Below are positions 53,301-64,000 of a stretch of DNA of 64,000 nt, piece after piece. The notes under the pieces were generated by a model. It was given only the letters and a program-made list of their open reading frames with translations, was not told the origin of the DNA and made no database searches. Made by a program: the position numbers and the translations under genes. This stretch comes from Balanoglossus misakiensis (Eukaryota; Animalia; Hemichordata): positions 7,571,573 to 7,635,572 of the forward strand of contig CM082594.2 of the NCBI GenBank assembly GCA_040954595.2, given 5' to 3'. Every line of letters begins with the position of its first letter. Position 1 is the stretch's first letter.

Positions 53301-55802
53301 GCTGGTGATTTAGAAACTTCTTTACGCATCTCTGTGTCAACATATACGCAGGCCTTACACACTCTGACTTACTGGCCCCTCCAGTCCACATTGATGGTTG
53401 GTCGCCATAACAACACAGTCAACGTTTTCCTGGGCAAAGTGCACGAATAGTCATATGGCATAATTTATTGATAACCCTTCATTGTGAGCCACTAAATGTG
53501 AGCAGTGCCGAAATAGCTTGTAGTGATGGAGAGTTTGTCTCGCTTCCATCTTAAATATGCAGGAGAATTTGATATAAAAATATAAATCTTTTAGCAGGTT
53601 GTGATCTGAGAATATCGTAGTATATTAAGGATGGTTGTAAAAGCAATATCGTTCTCTTTTGATGAACGGAATGACGTATTTAAGTTTTATATGCAACTTT
53701 AATTGTAGCGTTATAATACGTTTCTCGTCGCGCCATAGTCTCTCCACAAAGACGTCTTTTCATTAGCGCTTTTACGGCCAGCGTTATTGGTTCAATTATG
53801 TCGACTTTCTAGAGGATGGAGTAGTTAGCAGCTTCAATTAAGTTTCAATATTTGTACAGTGTCGTGTCTGCCTTTATCCTCAGTGTTTTTGTGCGTGCAT
53901 CGTCTGAACAATCGCTGGGAATATAGCTAACAGTCTGAGCGCAATGGGATTGTGAGAGAATAAACCTTAGCGTAACCAGTGCGTATTGTTCTGAGGTGCG
54001 TAGCCTATCCCTCTTCAGTGCATGCTATAAGACATGAAGCTAAAATCATGAAAAGTATATGCGGTGCGCAATCACTTTAGCTTTAAACTGTATTTTTCAT
54101 ATGAAATCTATGCTATGATCGATGAGCCTACATATTTACATGTTATGGGTTCTGGGTTTGCACAGTAATCGTTCAATCAAAATGAACAGTGAATTTGTGA
54201 CACAGTTGCACATGACGTCATCTGAAATTCTTCTCGAGTTTGACCCGACTTGACATTTTAAGCGAACCGACTCACATTGGTTAACCCGCGTCAATTATAC
54301 CGCGTGTTTGGCCCGTCACCTAGGAGACCATCAGGGCGTACTCCGTCGCTGTTGCATCCGAGGTGAAACCCGTGTCCTAGCAACGCGACAGGCCTCCACT
54401 TAGATTTTGCATGGATGGTCGAAAGTGTGCACACTGTGACGACAATGGCAAACTTCTTGAGCGTAAGCAAAAAGCTATGACTAGTAACAGTATTACCCCC
54501 CACTTGAATGTAATAGCAATAAACGCCAGTCAGCCGAACGCTGCGATATTATCACAGTCTGCCAAGCAGTAAAATCACTTTTTAAGAATACAGAAATAAA
54601 AAATCAATGGCGTTTGTGTGATCATCAGATTTAATTTTCGCGATTTGTTTGCACAACACGTTTCTGTCGTTCTGGGCTTTTCAGTTGTATTTTAGCGCCT
54701 GAATGAGAACGGAAAAAGGAAATAAGGCGAATTAAATTTGCCATTTCTTGAATTGCAAGGTAGATCCGTGAAAAAAGCACACAGCGGGAGTTCCATACAC
54801 AGACGGCGTTTAAAATGCAAGAGACGACTTAGATGGAAAATTTGAGTTCATCGACTCCAAAATACTGACTGTTTCATGCAAATTTGCGGCCGTTTAATTA
54901 GAATGCGTTTCTGTCTGAATTCTATCTTTCACCATGGTGATTATTGAGTTTATACGGATATGCAGTGTGCCTGTGTATGCATATCACAGATGACTCTAGG
55001 CGAGCAATATTGGTAGCTTGTTTCAGGTTTACGATGGGAAAACAAAAGTGTAGTCGAAAGCATTGTTGAGGGCACCATTCACCAATTCCAAAACCAATGG
55101 ACTGGACTCGTTCTGCAAAACATAACACAAAATATTTCAATTAACATTTAAACGAGATTCTAGTTTTTCGGGTCATTGGTTACGGTTTATACAGACATTG
55201 AAAAATAAATTTCGATCAAAAAGTCTACAATTTCCGAATGGCGGCGAGGCAGTGACTGTTTCAAATGTGTTGAACGCTTGACGGATCATTCCTCTGAAAG
55301 TATTCAATCGATTTCCGTTGGTGAACGAGACGTGCAGGTGGAACCGTGTGGTGAGTGACGTTGAAAGGAGTTGAAATAATTCGAAACGATGTGCATCGAT
55401 TACGAATGGGCTGGTTTAAATGTAGGCTTCAGACATTCGTTGACGCAATTTAACATCAAATTTGTTTGATCGCATCCAATATTAAACGAGTCCGATGAAC
55501 GAACAGTAACTGCAGTTGCTATGATACGTAACGGTTCGCCGTAAGGTCAAAGTCCAAGTGGTAACTTAAGGTCACCAGGTGTCTGCGTTCTTGTAGACTG
55601 TAACTTTTTCGGCGCTTTTTGTCGGCGCCAGCAACTAGAATATCGCCGTTACCGTGAGTGAGACAAATGTGTCTCCATCGCTTTAGAGGTGTCTTTGCGC
55701 CGATGAAATGAACACTAAGAATTCCTACCATTTGCACGCTCGGCCACGCTGGTCTTAATATATCAACTAGCGAGAATAAACGTTAGGCGCGAGTTAACCA
55801 CA

Positions 55803-55816
55803 GTTACCATGGTAAC
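55803..55816. promoter_or_regulatory. Perfectly palindromic RFX X-box GTTACCATGGTAAC
   Basis: Matches the RFX consensus GTNRCCATGGYAAC, ~300 bp upstream of the TATA at 56108. Confidence 0.6.
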
Positions 55817-56174
55817 CACAAACTACTAGCGCAACTCTCAAAGTGGCTGTAGAATTTCGCCGAGCCTAGGGAGACTTGTAACGGCGCAACACACAGTGGT
55901 TTTTGTGTCAGCATACTCTTACATGCACTTGACAGACGGTACTGATAATCACTGTTGTTGATTTCAAAGAGGAACCGTTAATCTCACACCGTCGAGGAGT
56001 ATAGCGCAGCGTTTCCCCCTCCTCTTACTTCGGCTAAAATGGAGAAACGGCTTTTGTTTCAACTTCTATTATAACCGGTTTAAAGACAAGGAGCGTCATT
56101 GACAGGATATAAAAACGAGAGACATCTGACTGACAACACCTGTGTACTTCGGTTGCCGAGTTGAATCCGCCAAG

Positions 56175-56221
56175 ATGTCGCGCTCAACCACCACATCGGA
56201 ATCTTCGGCTTCGTTTTCAAG
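56175..56221 (+). CDS. Candidate alternative first coding exon D (MSRSTTTSESSASFS+2 nt)
   Basis: gccaagATG, open frame to AAG|gtgagc, phase 2. TATAAAAA at 56108 and a palindromic X-box at 55803. Confidence 0.5.
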
Positions 56222-59200
56222 GTGAGCTGCAACGGGCAAATATGACTGTCTTGTTTCGCTTAAAGACTACAATATCGCATTAGCAGGGTTTTTATTATCG
56301 TGGAAATATAAATTTCGACAACGGATGTACTTAGTATGTTCACAAACACCTGTTTGATGATTTATACAAAAGTACAGACCTTGACAGCAGGCATGCAGCC
56401 AGAGGACTTTTCTCCCTCGCAAAATTAAACAATCGTATAAATCTTTCTCCATTTTTACTGTGCATTTGTAAACCAGCAATCACTGCATCGCTGTGTTTGT
56501 TTACACACTGAGGGTCTTTAAGCTTAATACGCATTCAGGTTTTAATCAGCTGCGTCGAGCTCCAAACACGCGTCCGTCGAAAAACGCACTTTCTATAGCT
56601 ACGGTTGCTTGGGTTCGTTTAAAATTAATGGTTGCCAACCAATCTGTTGCGTTGCCGCCACTTCCTGCGACGTGAAACACCGACCCAAATTGCCAAGTCT
56701 CGTTGATAGGAATATAGTTGTATCCCGCGGAAGGAGCATTTGCCGGAAACTGTCTGTCACACGGTTATATTGTGTGCGAACGTAAACTGAGCTTGGTATA
56801 AAAGAGGAATTGTGATCTGAGTGATATGTACGCATGTTTTGATAATTTCGGGCGTTTAATGTCCTTTGTGTCGCGATCTCCTTCATATGAATGTTCTTAT
56901 TTGAATAATTGTCATATAAATGTACACGCACATATTTCAATGCTCGTATAGACACGACACCCCCTCAATCGCGACACGAAAACCAAATTTACATTCACAA
57001 ATTAATTTAATACTCATCCGTTTGAGCGTCTCTGACGCGATTCGTCGTCTACGTTACAAACCACTCTTGTTCGTTCCATGTAAATGTCACCTGACTATCA
57101 GTTTCCATGGTAATGCTTACTCGCCAAATCAAAGAATATGGCACTGAATTTTGTTCCCTCACGCCAATTTGGTTCAGTTTCCATTTGTCATGGAAACCGC
57201 GTATGTTACTGGTTCATTTTTAAATGTTGAGGATAATATTGGATGTACATTTCATGTTTTGACTTATTTCATATCAAATCAGTGCAACCATTCTTGTTAT
57301 CAAATTAATTAAAACTACATGTGAGAAAATGGATATGTGAATATAATTAATGCTATATCTGTTTGTTTGGTTCTGTTGAACGAGTGTATAACAGCTATGT
57401 CACTGTGAGAATCGTTGGGTTTCCCAGAAACCCATATATGTTTATATTTTCAAACAACCCCCATGATGAAACACCGACATAGCGCTGTAAAGGGCCGCTC
57501 GGAGGGGGGTTACCTTGATAAGGCGATCGTCAACATCTGTAAAGCGGCACTTGAAGCCTTTGAAATAATAATTACCCAATGTCAGAATGCAGCAACTTCA
57601 TATTTTTAATTTTACGCCAACATTTCAAATCCATTTCTCCGAGTCGGTAAAAACCAATGCATATACAACACGTATGGGTATATGGCTCGTATAATTTAAT
57701 GATCTGTTTGCACGCCATGAAGACGGTCGATCAAGGACGTTGCTGTTTTTCCCCAAGTGGTGTTCATGTCATGTTAAACCATGCACCTGTATCGTACGGG
57801 GAATGACTCGTTATGTCGACATTGTAACTTGTGCCAGGCAAGCAGATCTGTGTGTATCGATAATTTCCACGGATTTGTTTCGCGCAAGTGACATTTTGCG
57901 TTTCACCTGGATTTGTATTGTAGTGTCAATTGCCTCGCCGCTCAGCTGTGACAGCTATGTAAATGTCAAAATCCGATTTGAGTCGTAATCAAGCGTCATT
58001 AGCACATTAGGGAGATCGCGTGAATGACGCGCACTCACAAGCGCCGCTAATTAACCCCGACCCGAAAAAACACCTGCACAACGCTCCGTTTCAAATCAAT
58101 GTGATTACCGAGTGGTTTCCAGAAACTGTCAAAACGAGGAGGTTAGCGATTGATCCATCAATCAAACTGAGCTCCGTTGGGATATTGTAAGACGAGACCT
58201 CCCTGCCAGTTACATGAATATATTTTAGTGTTAAACTGGTTTTATTCTCATCACAATGCGTGGAGGGACTGTATTTCTGATCTCTCACTTATTGTAGTTA
58301 ACTCTTGTTATAGCTGCGGTTTTTCTTTTGGTTCTCTATTTATTCAAAGTCACAGTTTATAACAATTTCTTGAAGAGCAAAGTAGCAAGTCTACTTCAAG
58401 TATACTTGAAGAGAATCTTGGCTTCTGATCGATTCCCGTTGCTGCGTACTTCTTGGCATCGTCATGACAACCCGCTGTTTGTAGCTTTGATCGGTCTTTG
58501 AGAGATCCTATGCGTTTATTGATGGCCTGTTGTCGCTACTGGCTCAACCTGTGACCTTTGCAACGATAAAATATCCGTTTTAATCATAAATAGTCGATCT
58601 TATAACAGTCTAGTAATCGAACGAAATCCCCCAACGCCGGGGACTTGCCTTGCTTACCGTTGTTATGCCGTTAATCTTCACAACGGGTTGTGTACTGATA
58701 GACCAGGTGCAAATGAACTAACGGTAGTCAGGAGAATTGTGCTTGATTGGTGAGATTGTCGGCCGCGTTGGCAAACCAAACAGTTTGTCGCTCTTCGGCG
58801 ACAATTAATCTAATCTCCCGACAGTATGCGTTGCCATGAGAACTGCTGAAGCAATTACAAAAACAGAAATTTACGAAACAGGCACGCAATCAAAGCCCCC
58901 CACTGCGCGTTTCAGAATTTTCGATATTACACCGCGGGGATACAGAATTTGCTAAACCAATATTTAATCATAGAAGGATTTCTAAAGAAATCAAATTCAA
59001 ATGCACGGAACAATCTACGGTGTGTTTATATCGCTTCTAAGTTGCGCTTAAAGTATCTGAACACAGCTGGTCGACGTCTGTCTATTCGATCGCTTGACTG
59101 AAACAACATTGCCAAATCACTGTAATATCTGTTATCTTTTAAATGAGTTGATCGCTATCATCCGGGACATTCAATCTCCGACCACTTGAAAGCTGCCAGG

Positions 59201-62200
59201 GGTATTTTATCAACCGTCTTAGGTAGTCGGGTCATTTTCCTACAAACTTAAGGCGAACATTATGGTTGAATTTTGAAATTGGTTGTTATCGACACGATGT
59301 AGACCTATAAACCTTACTGCCGGATTTCACCCTTTTACCGACGACCTAGGGAGACTTATCATGTATCATACAGAGTGAAGCAATGTTGATGTCGCACGCC
59401 CAGCAGGCACGCCTACTTGTAATTTTCAAATTTAGGGCGAATTCAGCAATACCTTCTGACACTAATTGCGTGTAGATTGTCTAAATGATTTGCTAATATT
59501 TTCATTAGCGCGCCGCCTTTCAGGATGAAATGGAGAAACTGACGTGGCATGCTAATGTGTGGGTTTCGCGAATACATTTGCTGAAAGCGCGTCGGGATTG
59601 ATATCCGCTCGACTAGATTCTTGTCGCTCGACACCCATGCTCATTTGTATCTATGGCAACCACGCGAGCACGAAATGAGACGCTGTGTGACAATCCTTTC
59701 TGTGAGCACACCGTCTCCATGATGAAATCTAGTGCTTCACTAAATCATTCTAAGAGGGATAATGTTGTTTTACTCAAGGGAAGCTAGCTTTTCCGATTTT
59801 TACGCAAATTTAGTTTTATTGCGTTAAAAGCCACTATAAATTCCATCTTTACGAGGCTAGCTATTTTGTCACTGAGTTAACACTAAGTGGAATTTTGTTG
59901 TGATCTTACGACGATTTCCACGTAATTTACTTGCAACGTTTGACCTTTTTTTTGCAAATAACGGTTTACATGATTCGATACTGACATTTGTGATCGTGAT
60001 ATTCTTAGATCGCCCTCTTTGGCCACCCAATGTGAGACCCTTTGTCTTCCCACAGTCCGCCCACCTGTTCGTGAGACTGAAATATTTTCGCTGACATCTG
60101 CGTCAAACACGTGACCTTTGCTCATTGGTGAGGGGACTTGCCAGCTGAAAAAAGATCACCCGATGGCCCTCAAGCGACTAGTCTGTTGGAGAAGGGTTTT
60201 CGTTTTACAATATAATATGCACAATAAAAAATCCACAAGCATCATCAGTGATTTTATATATCTAGACCGTTGTATATTTGTCTTGAAACCTTCCATGCAA
60301 ATTTGTTTTCTTCTTTGAAGTGTTTTCTTCTGACTCGACTCACTTGACTTTTTTTACTAACCCGCAAAATACGACACCGCTGTTACTCATTTCACAATTA
60401 CGGCAATCAATTTTACTGCGTGTATTCACGCCCGTTTTGCATAACAATGCTCGCTCTCCAAGTTTCAAACACTCGGGCGCTCTAAGTCCCTCTTTAAACA
60501 TAATTCTAACATCAACCGTGATGCAACTTGGCTGACATAAAAACCCTTGAAAAGGCAACAACTGCAATAAATATGTCCAAATACCAAATAGTCCCACGGC
60601 AACGGACTAAATGCAATGTTTTATTACACGTCCGTGGGTCTCTCCAGAATCCGTTCCAATCCGGTGACAGGTTTCCAAGTTGTCTGTTTCCCGCGGATCA
60701 CTGCGGATCCTGCGAAATTTTACATTAGCCATGGCGTTGGCGGGGTATGTACTTATCAATCGTATGTCGTTAAAGTTGTGCCATCGTTTATAACAAGGTA
60801 TTTTCGCTTTGCTTTTAGTATGCTCTTACCCGGGCTATGGGGTCGTCGTCTTTTTATGCAACTATGGGGCTTGCCAGTAAGGTTGCCAAGGGTCACGGTG
60901 TACATGCCCCGGTCAGAACCCAGTTGCGTTTGTACAGAAATGAGAGGAAAAATTATTCTAGGGTGTTGAATGGTCTCTATCTAGATCTCAGTTAGTTTTT
61001 GACAATTATACGTCGACCTGGTTGGCGTATTTCAACGTTGTTGACAATAATATACGAAGATGAAGTTTCTTTGCTCTCTGACAAATCAAATTTTATTCGT
61101 CACGTTCAAGTTCTACAACTAAAATATATACTGCATTTTTATTTCGTTTCTTAGACATATGGAATACGTGTACTATATACTGATGTTATTCCTTGAGTAC
61201 GATACTTTTTTTGGTTTAGCCAGAATAGTGCATTGCCGGACTGTGCACCGTTAAGTTCGAATTGCAGGCAAACTAACTCAAACAGGTGGTAGAAGAAAAA
61301 CAAAAGAACGTCTGTTCTCACCTGTCCTTCTGTGGTGGCATGCTTTCAATTCGCATATTTAAAGTATCCCGGATGTTAGTTGCTAGCAGACTTTTCACTG
61401 CGGATAGACACTAAACTAATGATCTCCAAGCGCCAAATGTCACCAAATACGGGGAAATATCGCAGTTAACTTAGAAAATAAATGTCAGGGTATATATTCT
61501 TTAGTTATTTTTTGGAAATTGTCCTTTAAAACGTTCGCCTTGCAATAATTGTATGGACATGGTACTATTTGTTTTAACGCTTACCATGGTGGAAGTACAT
61601 GTCAGACAACATGATTAGGAGTTGTTCGGCATCTGTTTATAAATGGTACTCTGAAGGATAAGTTTGGTGGGACGTTCACGTTTGTCACTTCTGATAAGTG
61701 TATTTTGTAACCGAGGTCTATATCAACTGGCCGAGCCCTTCTGGAAGTGTAGTGGTATGTTCACGAGTGTTTACTAGATCCGTCTTGTTATTTAAGCGTG
61801 AGTTTTTTTTCGTAAACTGGACGGTGCACGATTGACACATTGATTAACATGTCTGCCACCTCACGATCGATGAAATAAGTGTTGTTGTTGTTCATGTTGT
61901 TCATGTGCACACAACCCGACCGTTCCCCGTTATTTCCCGTGAAAATCAACTGGTCAACTAACAGTCACATAGCAAAATAAGATGCCACACTTCCCGAAAC
62001 TAAAAATACGACAAAAAAATGTATAATTTGCTGCAAATTTAGCCTCGCAGACGACCAAAGCACCTTTCGTCCACCATAGACCATGTTCTCAGCTCAGCCA
62101 ATCATTTGGCTGAACACGTAGTCTTCCATCCAAATATCACGATTTTCTTTGTACCATTGCCAAAAATTAAAACCAAGCATTTGCCTATGTAAGGATTGTA

Positions 62201-63440
62201 GTTATTTTGACCACACGAATATTCAGGTTAAAACTACAGTCAGAAGGCAACTGTGTTGTACGTTTCATTTTGGCCATGGTACAAGTAGCTACCTATCCCA
62301 AAACGACCACGCACTTGGCCAGTACAGTATGTAGTAGTTTTAAAATGCCCATATGCAATATGATAAAATATGAACACAAATTCTATTGCTGTACACAGTC
62401 CTGGAAAACAGTGTTGTCATATTTTGAGAATTGGTCTAGAGTTACAAATTCTCAGTTTAAACAAAAATGACATGATCCACCAAAGCATTGTGCTAACACA
62501 ATCAGAGTGCAGTGTAATAACCTGTTGACAGTTCTAGCCTACTGACTTTGATAAAACTAATTAGATTGAGATTAACTATTAACGATAGATGTGACACTGA
62601 CAGGTACTATCAAATGATGTCTTTTTGGATTTTTGATCTTGAAGTTCAACTTGGTTGAAATATCAATCCAAAAATATCCATGTAGATGTCATTGTAAAAT
62701 TCTCAATCGATAGCATTAATTACTTTTACATTGCAAAAGAAACTGTTGACCTTAGGAAATCAAGGGAACTGATTTGGTGTGACCATGCAAATACATCATA
62801 AATTAGCTACAGAAACAGTAAGTTGAGGTTATTCTATCATAAAATTGCCAAGTTCTTTTCATTGACTGTCAACCTCTGTCAGGGCCAACAGTGTAATGAA
62901 TGTAGACTACATGAAAGAATAATATTTTATTACAAATTGATGTAACCTTGTGAGTTGATGAGGTCAGTACCCCAGTAGTTTGTTTGTTTCACCATCATAT
63001 TTTAGAATATGAACATTCAGCTAAAATGATAATCTCAAGTTATCCATCGAAACTGTATTGTATTTTTCACAACAACCATGATTCTTACTAATTTCAGGAC
63101 ATTCCATTGCACAATTCAGGTTTGCCAAAAATAAAATAAACGCAAGGTGGCAATCTGCTCTGATATCGCACTGCTATTCTCCCCATATTGCACTTAAAAT
63201 TCATCCCAAAGCAAAGCACATCACTGCACTGCCATCTGCACAAATTGTTGTTGTGTGTACATTGTTTCATTAACTATGGATGTCATTGTTTGTTTTTGTT
63301 TTTTTTCTCTCTCTTTTTTCTTCTTCTCATGGATGGTGTTGTGCATCACACATTTGCATTGTCTTTGCATGGCAGCTTGATCCATCTCTCATTGTTGTTC
63401 CACTGTGTTGACTTCTTTAAAGTCCATAAAAAACCCCATC

Positions 63441-63457
63441 ATGAGCCATAAGGGAGA
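63441..63457 (+). CDS. Candidate alternative first coding exon E (MSHKG+2 nt)
   Basis: atcATG AGC CAT AAG GGA GA|gtgagt, phase 2, with an in-frame stop upstream at 63378. Confidence 0.3.
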
Positions 63458-64000
63458 GTGAGTACTGCATGTCCATTTTCAGATATCATTTTTAATAATC
63501 ACTCGGTAGATAGCTTGGTAGTATGGTAATAATTAGGCACTGTAAAAGTAAGAAAAAGTATACATATATATAACTATTACATAAAGCCACACAATAGATG
63601 GTGGAGTTGAAAATTGATTCGCTCCAAAGTCTATGGTTTGGCACGTAATCGCTCCATGACTTTCTTTGGGGGGTTTTAATACTGTGGTAATTATTTTTTT
63701 AAATGTTGTAAAAAGTAAAGAAGTGATTAGTGATTAATGAATGGTGGTTGGTAATCAACCTTGGACACACAGAACACCAGTACCCAAATCGTGGATACAG
63801 CAAACCAACTCTAAATCCAGACTCAGACTGATCTGGTCTGATCTAGTCTAATCCAGCATGTATACATACAGTTATAAAACTTGATTATTGTACACAATAA
63901 TAATGTATAGTCAAGTCATGGACATGGAAAGTTGCCTTTCTCTGTCTACGGCAAAACTTCCTAAACTTTGTTCTCAAAGTGGTGAATTAAGGTACAAAGT

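Noticed and set aside
58394-58411. Perfect 18-bp palindrome CTTCAAGTATACTTGAAG
   Set aside because: Isolated, with no associated structure or second copy.
33158-63200. Partial miRNA word matches (miR-184-like ~33158, miR-183-like ~57137, miR-278-like ~61664, miR-92-like ~63186)
   Set aside because: Only 8-10 nt match and no supporting precursor hairpin.
27300-64000. Numerous 60-125-aa ORFs in the right-hand region
   Set aside because: No domain motifs, no consistent splice chains, mostly non-ATG starts; no transposase, reverse transcriptase, CRISPR or rRNA signatures seen.

Overview
Intron-rich animal genomic DNA, probably an invertebrate deuterostome (hemichordate, echinoderm or amphioxus-like; this is inference from gene content and intron style). 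The first 27 kb holds four spliced genes that I assembled by hand with consistent reading phases. (1) A minus-strand coiled-coil gene running off the left edge that resembles the TANK/AZI2/TBKBP1 TBK1 adaptors and has kB-like and ISRE-like sites. (2) TBRG4/FASTKD4, head-to-head with it. (3) A 24-exon, ~1718-aa single-pass cadherin with an unusual N-terminal EGF domain and one GC-AG intron. (4) A 23-coding-exon, ~985-aa adhesion GPCR (2x C-type lectin, EGF, Thr-rich, GAIN/GPS, 7TM). The remaining ~36 kb has no long credible ORF. It does carry several short plus-strand ATG-to-donor exons that all end in phase 2, some behind TATA/Inr or RFX X-box motifs. This suggests an array of alternative promoters and first exons for a gene continuing beyond the right edge. 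There are also copies of a ~90-bp piggyBac-type MITE and microsatellites. Most short ORFs in the supplied track are not genes. No database search was possible; family assignments come from remembered motifs.
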